Positions 10,181 through 22,465 are shown, counted from the first letter of the stretch. The stretch is DNA of 37,303 nucleotides from Octopus bimaculoides (GCF_001194135.2 NC_068981.1:194918753-194956055), one strand, 5' to 3'. Made by a program: numbers and translations. Notes: generated by a model not told the origin, from the letters alone.

Positions 10181-10405
10181 GCCCCGTAAAATTTTGTTGA
10201 CTGTTCTTTGATCCACTCCTTCACTACAGTTTTCACTTCCTCGTCACTGGACTATCATCGTCGCTGGACTATCATCGTCACTGGACTATCAATTCTTCGT
10301 CCCCATGAAAGAGGGTTTGAGAGGCAAACATTATTCCAGTGACGAGGAAGTGAAAACTGTAGTGAAGAAGTGGCTCAAAGAACAGTCAACAGAATTTTAC
10401 GGGGC
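10181..10405. repeat. 71-bp inverted repeat (fold-back) enclosing a 17-bp x3 tandem
   Basis: 10181-10251 is the reverse complement of 10335-10405 with 3 mismatches; CGTCACTGGACTATCAT x3 at 10242-10292. Confidence 0.9.
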
Positions 10406-10586
10406 AGGGATACATGCTCTCATTCGAAGGTGGAACATTGCTATTGAGAGAAACGGTGACTATGTTGAGAAGTAAGGGATGTGATTCGCAGAGGACCAGC
10501 TTCATTTTGATGTATGATACATGTTCCTGTGTTGGTAATTATACCTGTCCTAAACAAAATAGCATTACTTTTTCACTCACCCTCGT
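10284..10586 (+). mobile_element. Mariner transposase C-terminus plus 3' UTR and probable right TIR
   Basis: Open frame 10284-10475: DYQFFVPMKEGLRGKHYSSDEEVKTVVKKWLKEQSTEFYGAGIHALIRRWNIAIERNGDYVEK*; ends CATTACTTTTTCACTCACCCTCGT at the gap. Confidence 0.85.
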
Positions 10587-10914
10587 NNNNNNNNNNNNNN
10601 NNNNNNNNNNNNNNNNNNNNNNNNNNNNNNNNNNNNNNNNNNNNNNNNNNNNNNNNNNNNNNNNNNNNNNNNNNNNNNNNNNNNNNNNNNNNNNNNNNNN
10701 NNNNNNNNNNNNNNNNNNNNNNNNNNNNNNNNNNNNNNNNNNNNNNNNNNNNNNNNNNNCACATATATACACACATACGTAAATGCATACATACATACAT
10801 ATATACGTACACACGAAAGTATCATCCTTCATTTTCAATGCATAAGTTGACTCTTCTACACATGTTTTGAAATACATCTTGGAAAGTCTGACTCTTGGAG
10901 AGTCAAGATGAAAA

Positions 10915-10948
10915 AAATTCACTGCGGAGAGACTTTTTGAACACCCTG
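10915..10948. mobile_element. Possible Tc1/mariner TIR remnant
   Basis: ...GACTTTTTGAACACCCTGT resembles ends of Tc1/mariner elements; no partner end seen. Confidence 0.3.
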
Positions 10949-11025
10949 TTGTCTGTGTGTGTATATATATGTACGTGTATTTATGTATATATATATATAT
11001 ATATATATACACACTCACAAATATA

Positions 11026-11100
<75 letters not shown>

Positions 11101-13053
11101 ATGTATACATACATACATACATATATCTATGTATAAGTATTGGCATAATGTGAATTAATGAGTATGGCTATTTGTACGCTTGTGTGTGTATGTGTGCGTG
11201 TGTATGTTCCTGCTTCTAAGTGTGTATGTATGTGTCTTGTATAAGTGAGACGTGAGCATTCGCCTGTATTTCTAAATGTATGTGTGTATGTTTGTCTATA
11301 TATATATATATAAATGTGTGTGTGTGTACGTGTATATATGTATGTGTATATATTTATGTATGTTTATGTTTGTGTATGTCTGTATATGTGTTTATGAGTG
11401 TGTTAGAGGTGAAGGATAAACAGTGAGTTTGTAAATGGAAAGTTAAATTGAAAGATGAAATGAAGAGAAAACAAACGCTAAAGAGAAAACTATGTTTGAC
11501 ATAAAGTGGAGTAGAAGGAGGAGGAGGAGTGGAGTTGAGGGAGGGTGCAGTGGAGGGAGAGAGCGGAGTGGTGTGAGGAGGGAGTAGTGTGAAAATGGTG
11601 TGGTTTCAGTGGAATGTGGGTGAAAAGGCCTAACCCTAATCTCTGTGTGTATTTTTCGGGGTCAGAGTAAAAACTGAAGATGTGTGGTCAGCCGTCAGTC
11701 GGCGGAGGACAGTGTGGCGTTGTGGAATTGTTTAGATATCGTTAGACAGAAAAATAGCAGGGTTTTGTGTTCTGTGGACCCTAAATTGGTGGAATTTCTC
11801 AGGACACTTATTTGTGTTACCAAGGGAATTTGGCTTCACCTCCCCCCCCCAACGTCTCCCTACTCTGTTCCTGTCTCTCTGTCTCTGTCTCTCTCTAACC
11901 CTTCCCCACCCCTTTTGTGGACCACCATTGGCTTTTAAGGCCTGTTTACTTGTTTGGCTTCTAATGTTGATATAAATTACCCCCAATATGAAAGCATACA
12001 TACCGACACACACACACGCACTCGCATGCCCACCCGCTCACCCGCTAACGCACGCACACACGCACATACTAACGTGTATATAGACTCACACACACACACA
12101 CATGCAAAAAGCACATACGCACACACTTAGCGCGCGCGCGTACAGAAACACGCGAATACCTTTGGGTAAACAAACGAGTAAAAGAGTAGTGTGTGTGTGT
12201 GTGTATATATATATGTGCGTGTGTGCGTATGTGTGTGTTTATGTGTGTATATACGTGTGTATATGTGTGTGTATATGTGCATGTTTGTGTGTGCGTATGT
12301 ATAAGAGTGTGCGTATATATATATCTGCGTGAATATATATATACACATATATATGTGTCTGCTTGTGTCTGCGTATACGTGTGTGTGTGTGTGCATCTAT
12401 ATGTAAGTGTATGTGTGTGCTTGTGTGTGTGTGTATATGTGTGTGTTTGTGTGTGTTTGTGTGTGTATATATGTGTGTGTACGTGTGAGCATATATAAGT
12501 GTGTATATGTGCATGTTTGTGTGTGCGTATGTATATGTGTGTATATATCCGCATGGATATATATATATANNNNNNNNNNNNNNNNNNNNNNNNNNNNNNN
12601 NNNNNNNNNNNNNNNNNNNNNNNNNNNNNNNNNNNNNNNNNNNNNNNNNNNNNNNNNNNNNNNNNNNNNNNNNNNNNNNNNNNNNNNNNNNNNNNNNNNN
12701 NNNNNNNNNNNNNNNNNNNNNNNNNNNNNNNNNNNNNNNNNNNNNNNNNNNNNNNNNNNNNNNNNNNNNNNNNNNNNNNNNNNNNNNNNNNNNNNNNNNN
12801 NNNNNNNNNNNNNNNNNNNNNNNNNNNNNNNNNNNNNNNNNNNNNNNNNNNNNNNNNNNNNNNNNNNNNNNNNNNNNNNNNNNNNNNNNNNNNNNNNNNN
12901 NNNNNNNNNNNNNNNNNNNNNNNNNNNNNNNNNNNNNNNNNNNNNNNNNNNNNNNNNNNNNNNNNNNNNNNNNNNNNNNNNNNNNNNNNNNNNNNNNNNN
13001 NNNNNNNNNNNNNNNNNNNNNNNNNNNNNNNNNNNNNNNNNNNNNNNNNNNNN

Positions 13054-13109
<56 letters not shown>

Positions 13110-13674
13110 TGTGTGTGAATATATAAGTGTGTGTGTTGTGGTTGCGTCTATGTGTGTGTGTGTGTAGCTCTTTACATAAACACAAATTAACATGTACGCA
13201 TACTTATACATCAAATACTTGCCGAGTTTATACAAATGCACATGCATAAGTCCTCTACATTCATGTATACACGCATATCCGCATCTACACAAATTATACA
13301 TACATAAATACGCATCCAGCATATATATAAACACACACCACATATTACAGCTCACGAACGTTTCCTAAAAATTGGTTTTGTCGATCGTTCACAATGTATG
13401 TATGTATTTATGTATGTATGTATGTATGTAAGTGTATTTTTGTATGTATGTATATATATATATGTATGTAAAAAATCTAGATTCAAGGTGAATATAATAC
13501 TTAAGTTTAGGCACCAGAATTTAGTATGGTATTATCCAAACAATTCCAAAAATAAGGTGATCAAAAATCAAAATAAGCAACAAGGATATTCAAGGTTACT
13601 GCAGTACGATCGTTTCATGCGACTCCATTTATTTAAGCATTTTACATTTAATGTAATTCCCACATTATTTTATT

Positions 13675-13923
13675 CTTTTATTCTTTTACTTGTTTCAGTC
13701 ATTCGACTACGGCCAAGCTGGAACATCACCTTTAGTCGAACAAATCGATCCTGGGACTTATTCTTTGTAAGCCTAGTACTTATTCCATCGAACGTTTTTG
13801 CCGAACCGTTAAGTTACAGGGACGCAAACACGTCAGTACCAATTGTCAAGCGATGGTGGTGGTGGTGGTGGTGGTGGGGACAAACACAGACACACGAACA
13901 TATACATACATACATAAATACAT

Positions 13924-13965
<42 letters not shown>

Positions 13966-14128
13966 GACGGGCTTATTTCTGTTTCCGTCTATCAAATCCA
14001 CTCACAAGGCTTTGGTTGGCCCGAGGCTATAGTAGAAGACATTTGCCCAAGGTGCCACACAGTGGCACTGAACCCAGAACCATATGGCTGTTGAGCAAGC
14101 TACTTACCACACAGCCACTCCTGCGCCT
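13675..14128 (-). mobile_element. tRNA-derived SINE, local family A, full length
   Basis: Reverse complement of GGCGCAGGAGTGGCTGTGTGGTAAG...GGTTCAGT...GACGGAAAC..AA.TAAGCCCGTCG-(TA)n-...CAGTC.AATGACTGAAACAAGTAAAAG. Confidence 0.9.
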
Positions 14129-14384
14129 ATAAAAAAAATATATGATACAGAAAAAAAGAATAAAAGAATAAAGTCTGCTCACCACCTCAGGGTGTTTGAC
14201 ACGTTTCCAGTTCTTTGGTATTAGATTCATCGAATTTTGACCCTGTGCTATGTCCGACAATCGTGAGGCGAACTTTCTGCTGGTGCTTAAGGAACTGCAG
14301 AGCAGATCTTTTTGGCTGAGCTGCTGTTAAGATGCTGTCAACTATTTGAGTGTCATCCAAGAAATATAATTTGCTTTCGTCTTG

Positions 14385-14628
14385 CGAACTCAATAATGTC
14401 GTGGGGTAACTCATGCAAAGCCGTGTCTGCTAGAGATGAGAGATAGAAGTCAATTATACAGGTTCTGTGTCATCTTCTTGTTAATGAGAACGAAAATGGT
14501 AATAGATGATGCTTGCTACCACTTCCGCTGGACACAACAAGAAAATGACACCAGCTGGTAATCTTCGGAGAAAAACAGAAGAGGCAGAATTTTTTATGCT
14601 AGACTTACGGAAACAACTACTTCCATAA
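14385..14628 (+). mobile_element. Possible highly decayed piggyBac-like transposase C-terminal fragment
   Basis: Frame-broken peptides SSC**ERKW, MVIDDACYHFRWTQQENDTSW and RRGRIF/MLDLRKQLL loosely recall the piggyBac YSC.R.T.RW ... RR.FL.ELG..L region. Similarity is weak and judged by eye only. Confidence 0.3.
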
Positions 14629-14728
14629 GAATTTCACAGAATCGGTCAGGTTCTTTAGGATTCACCGATTGCACTTACCTCATATACAAGTTTGTATATA
14701 TAGGTTTCTTATCTTGATATTAAACAAG

Positions 14729-14947
14729 ATGAAGACGACGAGCTGGCAGAAACGTTAGCGTGCCGGGCGCGAAATGCTTAGTGATATTTCGTCTGTCGTT
14801 ATGTTCTGAGTTCAAATTCCGCCGAGGTCGACTTTACCTTTCATCATTTCGGGGTCGGTAAATTAAGTACCAGTTGCATACTGGGGGCCGATGTAATCGA
14901 CTAGTCCCTTCCCCCAAAATTTGAGGCCTTGTTCCTCCCGTAGAAAG
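14729..14947 (+). mobile_element. Family B SINE, full length, with 13-bp TSD
   Basis: TSD GATATTAAACAAG at 14716-14728 and 14948-14960; canonical head and core. Confidence 0.9.
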
Positions 14948-15028
14948 GATATTAAACAAGGTGGTATGAAAGGATATGAAAGGATATCAAACATGTAGCG
15001 GTGTTAAACATGAAGCTGAATCTAAATT

Positions 15029-15321
15029 GTGAAGAAGTGTAGTTTAGTGGTTCGGGTATTCGGCTCACAATTGTAAGATCGTGAGTTCGATACCCGGTGA
15101 TGGGTTGTAAATTGAGCAAGATACCTATTTGATTTTGCTCCAGTCCACTCAGCTGGAGAAAATGAGTTGCAGCTGTATTTCAAAGGGTCAGTCTTATCAC
15201 ATTCTGTGAAGGGCACACGTGTCTGTGGAGGGCTCAGCCACTTGCACGCTAATTTCACAAGCAGGCTGTTCCGTTGATCGGATCAACTCAAATGTTCACC
15301 GTCGTAACCGACGGAGTACCA
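15029..15321 (+). mobile_element. tRNA-derived SINE, local family C (CORE-like central block)
   Basis: TAGTGGTT A-box, GAGTTCGATACC B-box, GAGCAAGA...TTGCTCCAGTCCACTCAGCTGG block; 3' tail shared with family D. Confidence 0.8.
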
Positions 15322-16599
15322 CTTTTAAATCCAAGTTCCTTGATATATATATATAAGTCTGCAAAACTAAAAGGGGGAAAAGGTGGGCAAAATATCCAAA
15401 AACAACAATAAAAACCATCTAACTATCGATATCCTTCCAAAGTTAATGAGTTTTTCTCTATGAGACACACTTGCTCTAAAATTCTTCATTCCTATAATGG
15501 AGGTCTTTGAAGTATAATTGAGTAGAAGAGCAACTGTCGGCAGTGGTGCCACAAAGTTTCATTTTTAGTTGATTTAAGTATTTTAGTGTCACAGAAGAAA
15601 GAATATTCAAATAATAATATTTCTATTAAGTTTGCGGGTTAAGTAAGACATTTCCCTGCTTATTGTAAAAGAATTACTTTAAAAAAAGGATAACATTATC
15701 AGAAAGATCTCTATCAAGTCATCTTCAGAGGCAAGATGCATTTAGTTTCCCAAAGACATAAAGAATATTGCGATTCTTCTTATGTCTGACATCGAAAAGT
15801 TGTTCTGTAAAAAAGTTATTTTCACAATTAAAAGCGGAAAATTGAGAGCAATCATGTTTTCTTTTAAAAATTTTATCTAAGAAAACATGCTACCTGTACA
15901 TAACAAATGTGTATATAAAGCAATCAACTGTAGTAAACCGGTTGAGGTCAGAATTGTTTTTTCAGAAATCAAGAAAGATTAGAATTTAGACCCGCACTGA
16001 AAGTTACCACGTTTCATATATGAATACGTCAATGTAAACAATGCGATTGAAAATCGAAAAATAGATAATGGCTGTATATATGTATATATGATTTCTTGTT
16101 TCTTCTACAGTACTGCATCCAACCGATTGACTATCTATGGATATATTGCTTAAACAGCCACTAAGTTTAGTGGTGTAATGTTTTTACATGGACCAATTTA
16201 CATATTAAACACATTCTTGGTGACTGGTACGTCCATATCAATTGCTGGTAGGGTTGATTTGGTGCGGAAGAAGGAACAACAATTCCCGAAACATGTATAT
16301 ACACCCACTACCTATTTTCTATCTTCGATCGCATTGTTTACAAAGAAGTATTTGTATACGAACATAATAACTTTCTGCGCTGGCTCTAAATTCTATAGCA
16401 TATCTATAAAGATACACTTTAAAATGTTTTATTGTATTTTGGGTGGATCATTATGCCAATAATAAAAACATGCATTGGCTCCATTACACTTCTTCATTAT
16501 TTATTTGTCAATTGGTTCAAAAGTTTAACTAATAAACTAACCAATTGTTTGATTGATCATTCCATTAATCAATCAATCTATCGCCAAAGTGTTTTCAAT

Positions 16600-16980
16600 G
16601 CCATTTAATTGCTGGTAGGGTCACCGTTTTTCATTCTGCTGCCATAAAATACTACCAAATAAATTAAAGGTTTATAAGTCAATACTATGTCTTACTTTTT
16701 GTGCTAACAGTGCGATTTAATCACTTTTAAGTCACCTCTACAGGTATTCTATAGAATGTAGAGCCAGCACTCAAAGTTGCGAAGTTTCGTATACGAATAC
16801 ATTTATGTAAACAATGCGATCGAAATTCTATTGAAAATCTGTAGAGAGACATTTAAACATGAAAACATCGCACTGCTAACACAAAGTAGGATACAGTATT
16901 GGCTTATAACCCTTTAATATACTTAGTAGCGTATTATGGTCTCAAAACCGAATATGGTGTCCCTACTAGCAATCAATGCA
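16600..16980. mobile_element. Old MITE-like element with ~115-bp imperfect terminal inverted repeats
   Basis: ATTGCTGGTAGGG...ATTAAAGGTTTATAAGTCAATACTATGTCTTAC...CAGTGCGAT mirrors ATCGCACTG...GATACAGTATTGGCTTATAACCCTTTAAT...CCCTACTAGCAAT. Confidence 0.6.
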
Positions 16981-17118
16981 GTGTATATAATCATGGAATT
17001 GATGTAATCATGGAATTGAACATCGAAAGCCGGATATAATAATCGGGAATAAGGAGCAAGGCCTATGTTTAAGCATGGTTTGATGGTGACAGAGTATCGA
17101 AAGAGAAGAAAAACAAAA

Positions 17119-17622
17119 GCAGGAGTGGCTGGGTGGTAAGTAGCTTGCTTACCAACCACATGGTTTCGGGTTCAGATCCACTGCGTGGCACCTTGGGCAA
17201 GTGTCTTCTGCTATAGCCTCGGGCCGACCAAAGCCTTGTGAGTGGATTTGGTAGACGGAAACTGAAAGAAGCTCGTCATGTGTGTGTGTGTATGTATNNN
17301 NNNNNNNNNNNNNNNNNNNNNNNNNNNNNNNNNNNNNNNNNNNNNNNNNNNNNNNNNNNNNNNNNNNNNNNNNNNNNNNNNNNNNNNNNNNNNNNNNNNN
17401 NNNNNNNNNNNNTATATATATATATATATATGTTTGTGTCTCTGTGTTTGTCCGCCCAACCGATGCTGGTGTGTTTACGTGTCCGTAACGTAGCGGTTCG
17501 GCAAAAAGACCGATAAAATAAGTACTAGGCTTACAAAAAATAAGTCCTGGGGTCGGTTTGTTTGTCTATAGGCGGTGCTCCAGCATGGCAGCAGTCAAAT
17601 GACTGAAACAAATAAAAGAATA
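17119..17622 (+). mobile_element. Family A SINE, full length (gap in central TA tract)
   Basis: Same head, centre and tail as the other family A copies. Confidence 0.9.
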
Positions 17623-17627
17623 AATAT

Positions 17628-17790
17628 GATGTGTTGAAACGGGGGATAGAAATACTGCGCCAGTTGAAGAAGGGAAGTGTTGTTATTGTGGTTGTTGGAG
17701 GCTTTGGTGCTATAAATACCAAAGTCAGAAATTGAATCGAAAAGGTAGGAGTTAATGAGAAGGTTTTTGTTGTATCTTGGGAGGGTCATT
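17628..17790 (+). mobile_element. R4/Dong-like LINE fragment, C-terminal RLE region, decayed
   Basis: LKRGIEILRQLKKGSVVIVVVGGFGAINTKVRN*IEKVGV resembles the (V)VP(V)V(I)GALG...W(I)EK motif near the C-terminus of RLE-type elements. Confidence 0.5.
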
Positions 17791-17869
17791 ATGCCAATAA
17801 GAAACACTCACACTGGTTCTGTTTTACTTCTTTTATAAGAATAACATCATAGTAAATAAGAACAATGAT

Positions 17870-18059
17870 AATTCTACTGTAGGTAGTAGGACTGAAAATT
17901 AGGGGAATGGGGTTAGTTGGTCACCTCGACCCCTCAGTGCTCAACTGAGGTTCTTATTTTATCGACACCGATGAGACGAAAGGCAAAGTCGATCGACTTC
18001 GATAGAATTTGAACTCTGAACGTAAAGAACCGCAAGAAATACCGCTAAGTATTACTGCC
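17870..18059 (-). mobile_element. Family B SINE, diverged
   Basis: TTATTTTATCGAC...GAAAGGCAAAGTCGA...TTTGAACTCTGAACGTAAAG...ATACCGCTAAG. Confidence 0.75.
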
Positions 18060-18362
18060 ATCATCATCATCATCATCATCGTCATCATCATCATCATTAT
18101 CGTCGTCGTCGTCGCCGTTGCGTCGTCGTCGCCGTCGCGTTGTCGCCGCCGTCGACGTCGTCGTCGTCATCGTCGTCGTCGTCATCTTCATCGTCGACGT
18201 CGTCGTCGTCATCTTCATCGTCATCATCATCATCGTCGACGTCGTCGTCGTCATCATCATATTCATCGTCGTCGTCGTCGTTGTCGTCATCATCATCATC
18301 ATCATATTCATCGTTGACATCGTCATCGTCGTCGTCATCGTCGTCATCATCATCATCACTAT
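18059..18362. repeat. ~300-bp compound (CAT)n/(CGT)n trinucleotide repeat
   Basis: Alternating ATC, GTC and GCC triplet blocks; source of the poly-H/R, poly-D, poly-S and poly-M/T ORFs. Confidence 0.95.
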
Positions 18363-18383
18363 CAACAACAGCAATAATAACTA

Positions 18384-18584
18384 TCCTTTCTAATTTTTGC
18401 ACAAGGCCAGCAGTATTTGGTGGGGAGGGATCCAATCGATGCTAGTACTCAACTGATACTTAATTTATCGACCCCAAAAGGATAAAAAGCAAAGTCGATC
18501 TCGGCGGGATTTGAGCGCAGAACGTAAACAGCCGGAAGAAATACCGCTGAGCATTTAGTCCGATTCTACTAGTTCACTGCCTTA
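18384..18584 (-). mobile_element. Family B SINE, diverged
   Basis: TTAATTTATCGACCCCAAAAGGAT.AAAAGCAAAGTCGATCTCGGCGGGATTTGAGC...ATACCGCTGAGCATTT. Confidence 0.75.
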
Positions 18585-19047
18585 ACTAATACTAACAGAA
18601 AAAAAGAAAAAAAAAGAGTGAAATTCAATCACTGCGTGTTTCTTATTAGCATAACGACCCCACCAAGATACAACCACTTCCATGCATGAAGACTGTGGTC
18701 CTTGGTTCGATCTCAAATATAAGTGTTTGAGGCATATTTCCATCACCGTCCCGATATCATCGCAGCTGCAGTCTTATTTCTCCATGAATGACTTTCGAGC
18801 CTTCTCCTCCTCCTCCCCTCCCCCTCAACTATATCAGCATCATCATCACCATCATCATCATCGCCCCATTCGAATCTCTCTCTCTCTCTCTCGCTGCTTT
18901 TCTCTCCCTGTCTCTCAGTCTCTCAATAAATGTCCCATCAGGCCACCACCCACTCAACGACCACCTAACTAACACTTCCCAAACACAAATCGAATTTACC
19001 CGCCAACGTTAATTCTGTGCAGCTGACAGTTATTACAGAAACATTCC

Positions 19048-19123
<76 letters not shown>
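19048..19123. repeat. (CAT)n microsatellite
   Basis: Perfect CAT run. Confidence 0.95.
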
Positions 19124-19124
<1 letters not shown>

Positions 19125-19334
19125 ATTACATTAACATCCTGCCTGTAACACTGACTCCACCACCAACATATCTACAACCAATGTCTTATCTATTTGCCGG
19201 TGTAATAAGTAAAGAAGTACTTATATATATATATGTATTATATATATACATACATAAATCCTTATGTGTGCACATACACTCACACACGCATATATGTGTG
19301 TATGTATGTATGTATATAAATATATACATATACC

Positions 19335-19418
<84 letters not shown>

Positions 19419-19632
19419 TAGTAGTAAAAATAAGATGAATAATTATATATAAAATTTTACATGTATATACATATGTATATAAAGATACAATTATGTACAC
19501 ACAGACGCACATGCACACACGTGCACACACATGCACACACATGCACACACACACACACACACAAATATATGTACACTTACATACAAACGCACATATATTG
19601 GTATACATATACATTTAGGTCTATACATATGT

Positions 19633-19664
<32 letters not shown>

Positions 19665-20813
19665 NNNNNNNNNNNNNNNNNNNNNNNNNNNNNNNNNNNN
19701 NNNNNNNNNNNNNNNNNNNNNNNNNNNNNNNNNNNNNNNNNNNNNNNNNNNNNNNNNNNNNNNNNNNNNNNNNNNNNNNNNNNNNNNNNNNNNNNNNNNN
19801 NNNNNNNNNNNNNNNNNNNNNNNNNNNNNNNNNNNNNNNNNNNNNNNNNNNNNNNNNNNNNNNNNNNNNNNNNNNNNNNNNNNNNNNNNNNNNNNNNNNN
19901 NNNNNNNNNNNNNNNNNNNNNNNNNNNNNNNNNNNNNNNNNNNNNNNNNNNNNNNNNNNNNNNNNNNNNNNNNNNNNNNNNNNNNNNNNNNNNNNNNNNN
20001 NNNNNNNNNNNNNNNNNNNNNNNNNNNNNNNNNNNNNNNNNNNNNNNNNNNNNNNNNNNNNNNNNNNNNNNNNNNNNNNNNNNNNNNNNNNNNNNNNNNN
20101 NNNNNNNNNNNNNNNNNNNNNNNNNNNNNNNNNNNNNNNNNNNNNNNNNNNNNNNNNNNNNNNNNNNNNNNNNNNNNNNNNNNNNNNNNNNNNNNNNNNN
20201 NNNNNNNNNNNNNNNNNNNNNNNNNNNNNNNNNNNNNNNNNNNNNNNNNNNNNNNNNNNNNNNNNNNNNNNNNNNNNNNNNNNNNNNNNNNNNNNNNNNN
20301 NNNNNNNNNNNNNNNNNNNNNNNNNNNNNNNNNNNNNNNNNNNNNNNNNNNNNNNNNNNTATATATATATAAATATATATTGATATGAACATAAAAATAC
20401 ATGTGTATGTATAAAACATAGTCGATATGCTGACATACACCCATGGGAACTTGTGCATACACTTACATATGTACGCATAAAAGCACACACACACACACAC
20501 ACATACACTGGCACACACATATATGAACGTACACAACAACATATCGAGCCACACCCTCACTCAAACACACACATCCTACGCCATATTTACCAAATTATTT
20601 CATACGCAACGTCTTTCCTTTAATTTCTTCATACTTTCGCATTATCTCTTTCTTTCTCCCTATACTCTCACGCTATACCCTTTGTGTGTGTGTTTCGAGA
20701 TAATTCCCAAAATGAATGCGTACACATACAAACACACACATACACATACATATGTATATATATATTTGTGCGTCTGTGTATGAATGTACATGCATACACA
20801 TATACACATACAA

Positions 20814-20859
<46 letters not shown>

Positions 20860-21195
20860 NNNNNNNNNNNNNNNNNNNNNNNNNNNNNNNNNNNNNNNNN
20901 NNNNNNNNNNNNNNNNNNNNNNNNNNNNNNNNNNNNNNNNNNNNNNNNNNNNNNNNNNNNNNNNNNNNNNNNNNNNNNNNNNNNNNNNNNNNNNNNNNNN
21001 NNNNNNNNNNNNNNNNNNNNNNNNNNNNNNNNNNNNNNNNNNNNNNNNNNNNNNNNNNNNNNNNNNNNNNNNNNNNNNNNNNNNNNNNNNNNNNNNNNNN
21101 NNNNNNNNNNNNNNNNNNNNNNNNNNNNNNNNNNNGAGAAAGTTGACAGGGGAGTATATGCATGTGTAAGTGTACGTTTGTGTGTAATTCTATAA

Positions 21196-21231
<36 letters not shown>

Positions 21232-21370
21232 CTAGATATATACATATATAGCTAGAAGTAAAAATGGGATTTAAAAATCTTGGCAGATACCAATAAAGCG
21301 CTCAGTTTTAAAAGAATTTCATTATAAATGTTCAACAATCAGATAAGACATTCCTTCATTCAACTAATGG

Positions 21371-21467
21371 TGACGTCACTGGATAACGAAACTGTTTTAT
21401 AAAAATAGAATAGATAATAAACATATTAAAGAAACGTCATTTTTGTATTCCCCTATTCGTGACGTCA
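21371..21467. promoter_or_regulatory. Two full CRE/ATF palindromes (TGACGTCA) about 90 bp apart
   Basis: TGACGTCA at 21371-21378 and 21460-21467, each within a similar 22-mer GTGACGTCA(C/G)TGGAT.A.GAAA. Confidence 0.35.
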
Positions 21468-21556
21468 GTGGATGATGAAATAATAAAAAAACAAACATAA
21501 GAATTCTACATTATGACAATTAGAAATCTACACAAAAACAATAGTCGACTTCATGT

Positions 21557-21962
21557 AGGTGCAGGAGTGGCTGTGTGGTAAGTAGCTTGCTTACGAACCA
21601 CATGGTCCCGGGTTCATTCCCACTGCGTGACACCTTGGGCAAGTGTCTTCTACTATACCCGCGAGCCGATCAAAGCCTTGTGAGTGGATTTGGTAGACGG
21701 AAACTGAAAGAAGCCCGTCATATATATATATATGTATGTGTGTGTATATGTTCGTGTGTCTGTGTTTGTCACCCCCGCCCAACATCACTTGACAACCGAT
21801 GGTGGTGTGTTTACGTCCCTGTAACTTAGAGGTTCGGCAAAAGAGACCGATAGAATAAGTACTAGGCTTACAAAGAATAAGTCCTGGGGTGGATTTTCTC
21901 GACTAAAGGTGGTGCTCCAGCATGGCCGCAGTCAAATGATTGAAACAAGTAAAAGAGTAAAG
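21557..21962 (+). mobile_element. Family A SINE, full length
   Basis: Canonical family A head, (TA)/(TG) centre and AAGTAAAAGAGTAAAG tail. Confidence 0.9.
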
Positions 21963-22090
21963 ATGAGATCTATAATAAAGATTTAATTTTCTCTCCATAT
22001 TTTTCGTAATACACACACACACACATATGTATGTATATATGTATATATATATAAATATATCTATATGTATATGCATATATACATATATAT

Positions 22091-22465
22091 AGTGGAGGCG
22101 AAATGGCCCAGTGGTTAGGGCAGCGGACTCGCGGTCATAGGATCGCGGTTTCTATTCCCATACCGGGCGTTGTGAGTGTTTATTGAATGAAAACACCTAA
22201 AGTTCCACGAGGCTCCAGCAAGAGGAGGTGGTGAACCCTGCTGTACTCTTTCACCACAACTTTCTCTCACTCTTTCTTCCTGTTTCTGTTGTACCTGTAT
22301 TTCACTCTGTATGACACTCTTTGTCACGCAGAATCTCCCAGAGAACTACGTTTAGTGTATACATGTCTGTGGAGTGCTCAGCGACTTGCACGTTAAATTC
22401 ACGAGCAGGCTGTTCCGTTGATCGGATCAACTGGAACCCTTGTCGTCGTAACTGACACAGTGCCA

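Noticed and set aside
11535-11585. G-quadruplex candidate
   Set aside because: Four GGG runs exist but the loops are too long and irregular for a canonical G4.
13398-14132. 244-aa ORF
   Set aside because: Runs through low-complexity DNA and the antisense strand of a family A SINE.
15729-15740. AGGCAAGATG, identical to the first 10 nt of miR-31
   Set aside because: Match stops after 10 nt and there is no precursor hairpin.
16090-16160. Good-looking acceptor TTTCTTGTTTCTTCTACAG
   Set aside because: Lies among MITE-family fragments; all frames stop quickly and no donor follows.
18009-18445. Poly-His/Arg, poly-Asp, poly-Ser and poly-Met/Thr ORFs
   Set aside because: All six frames are open only because of the CAT/CGT triplet repeat between two SINEs.
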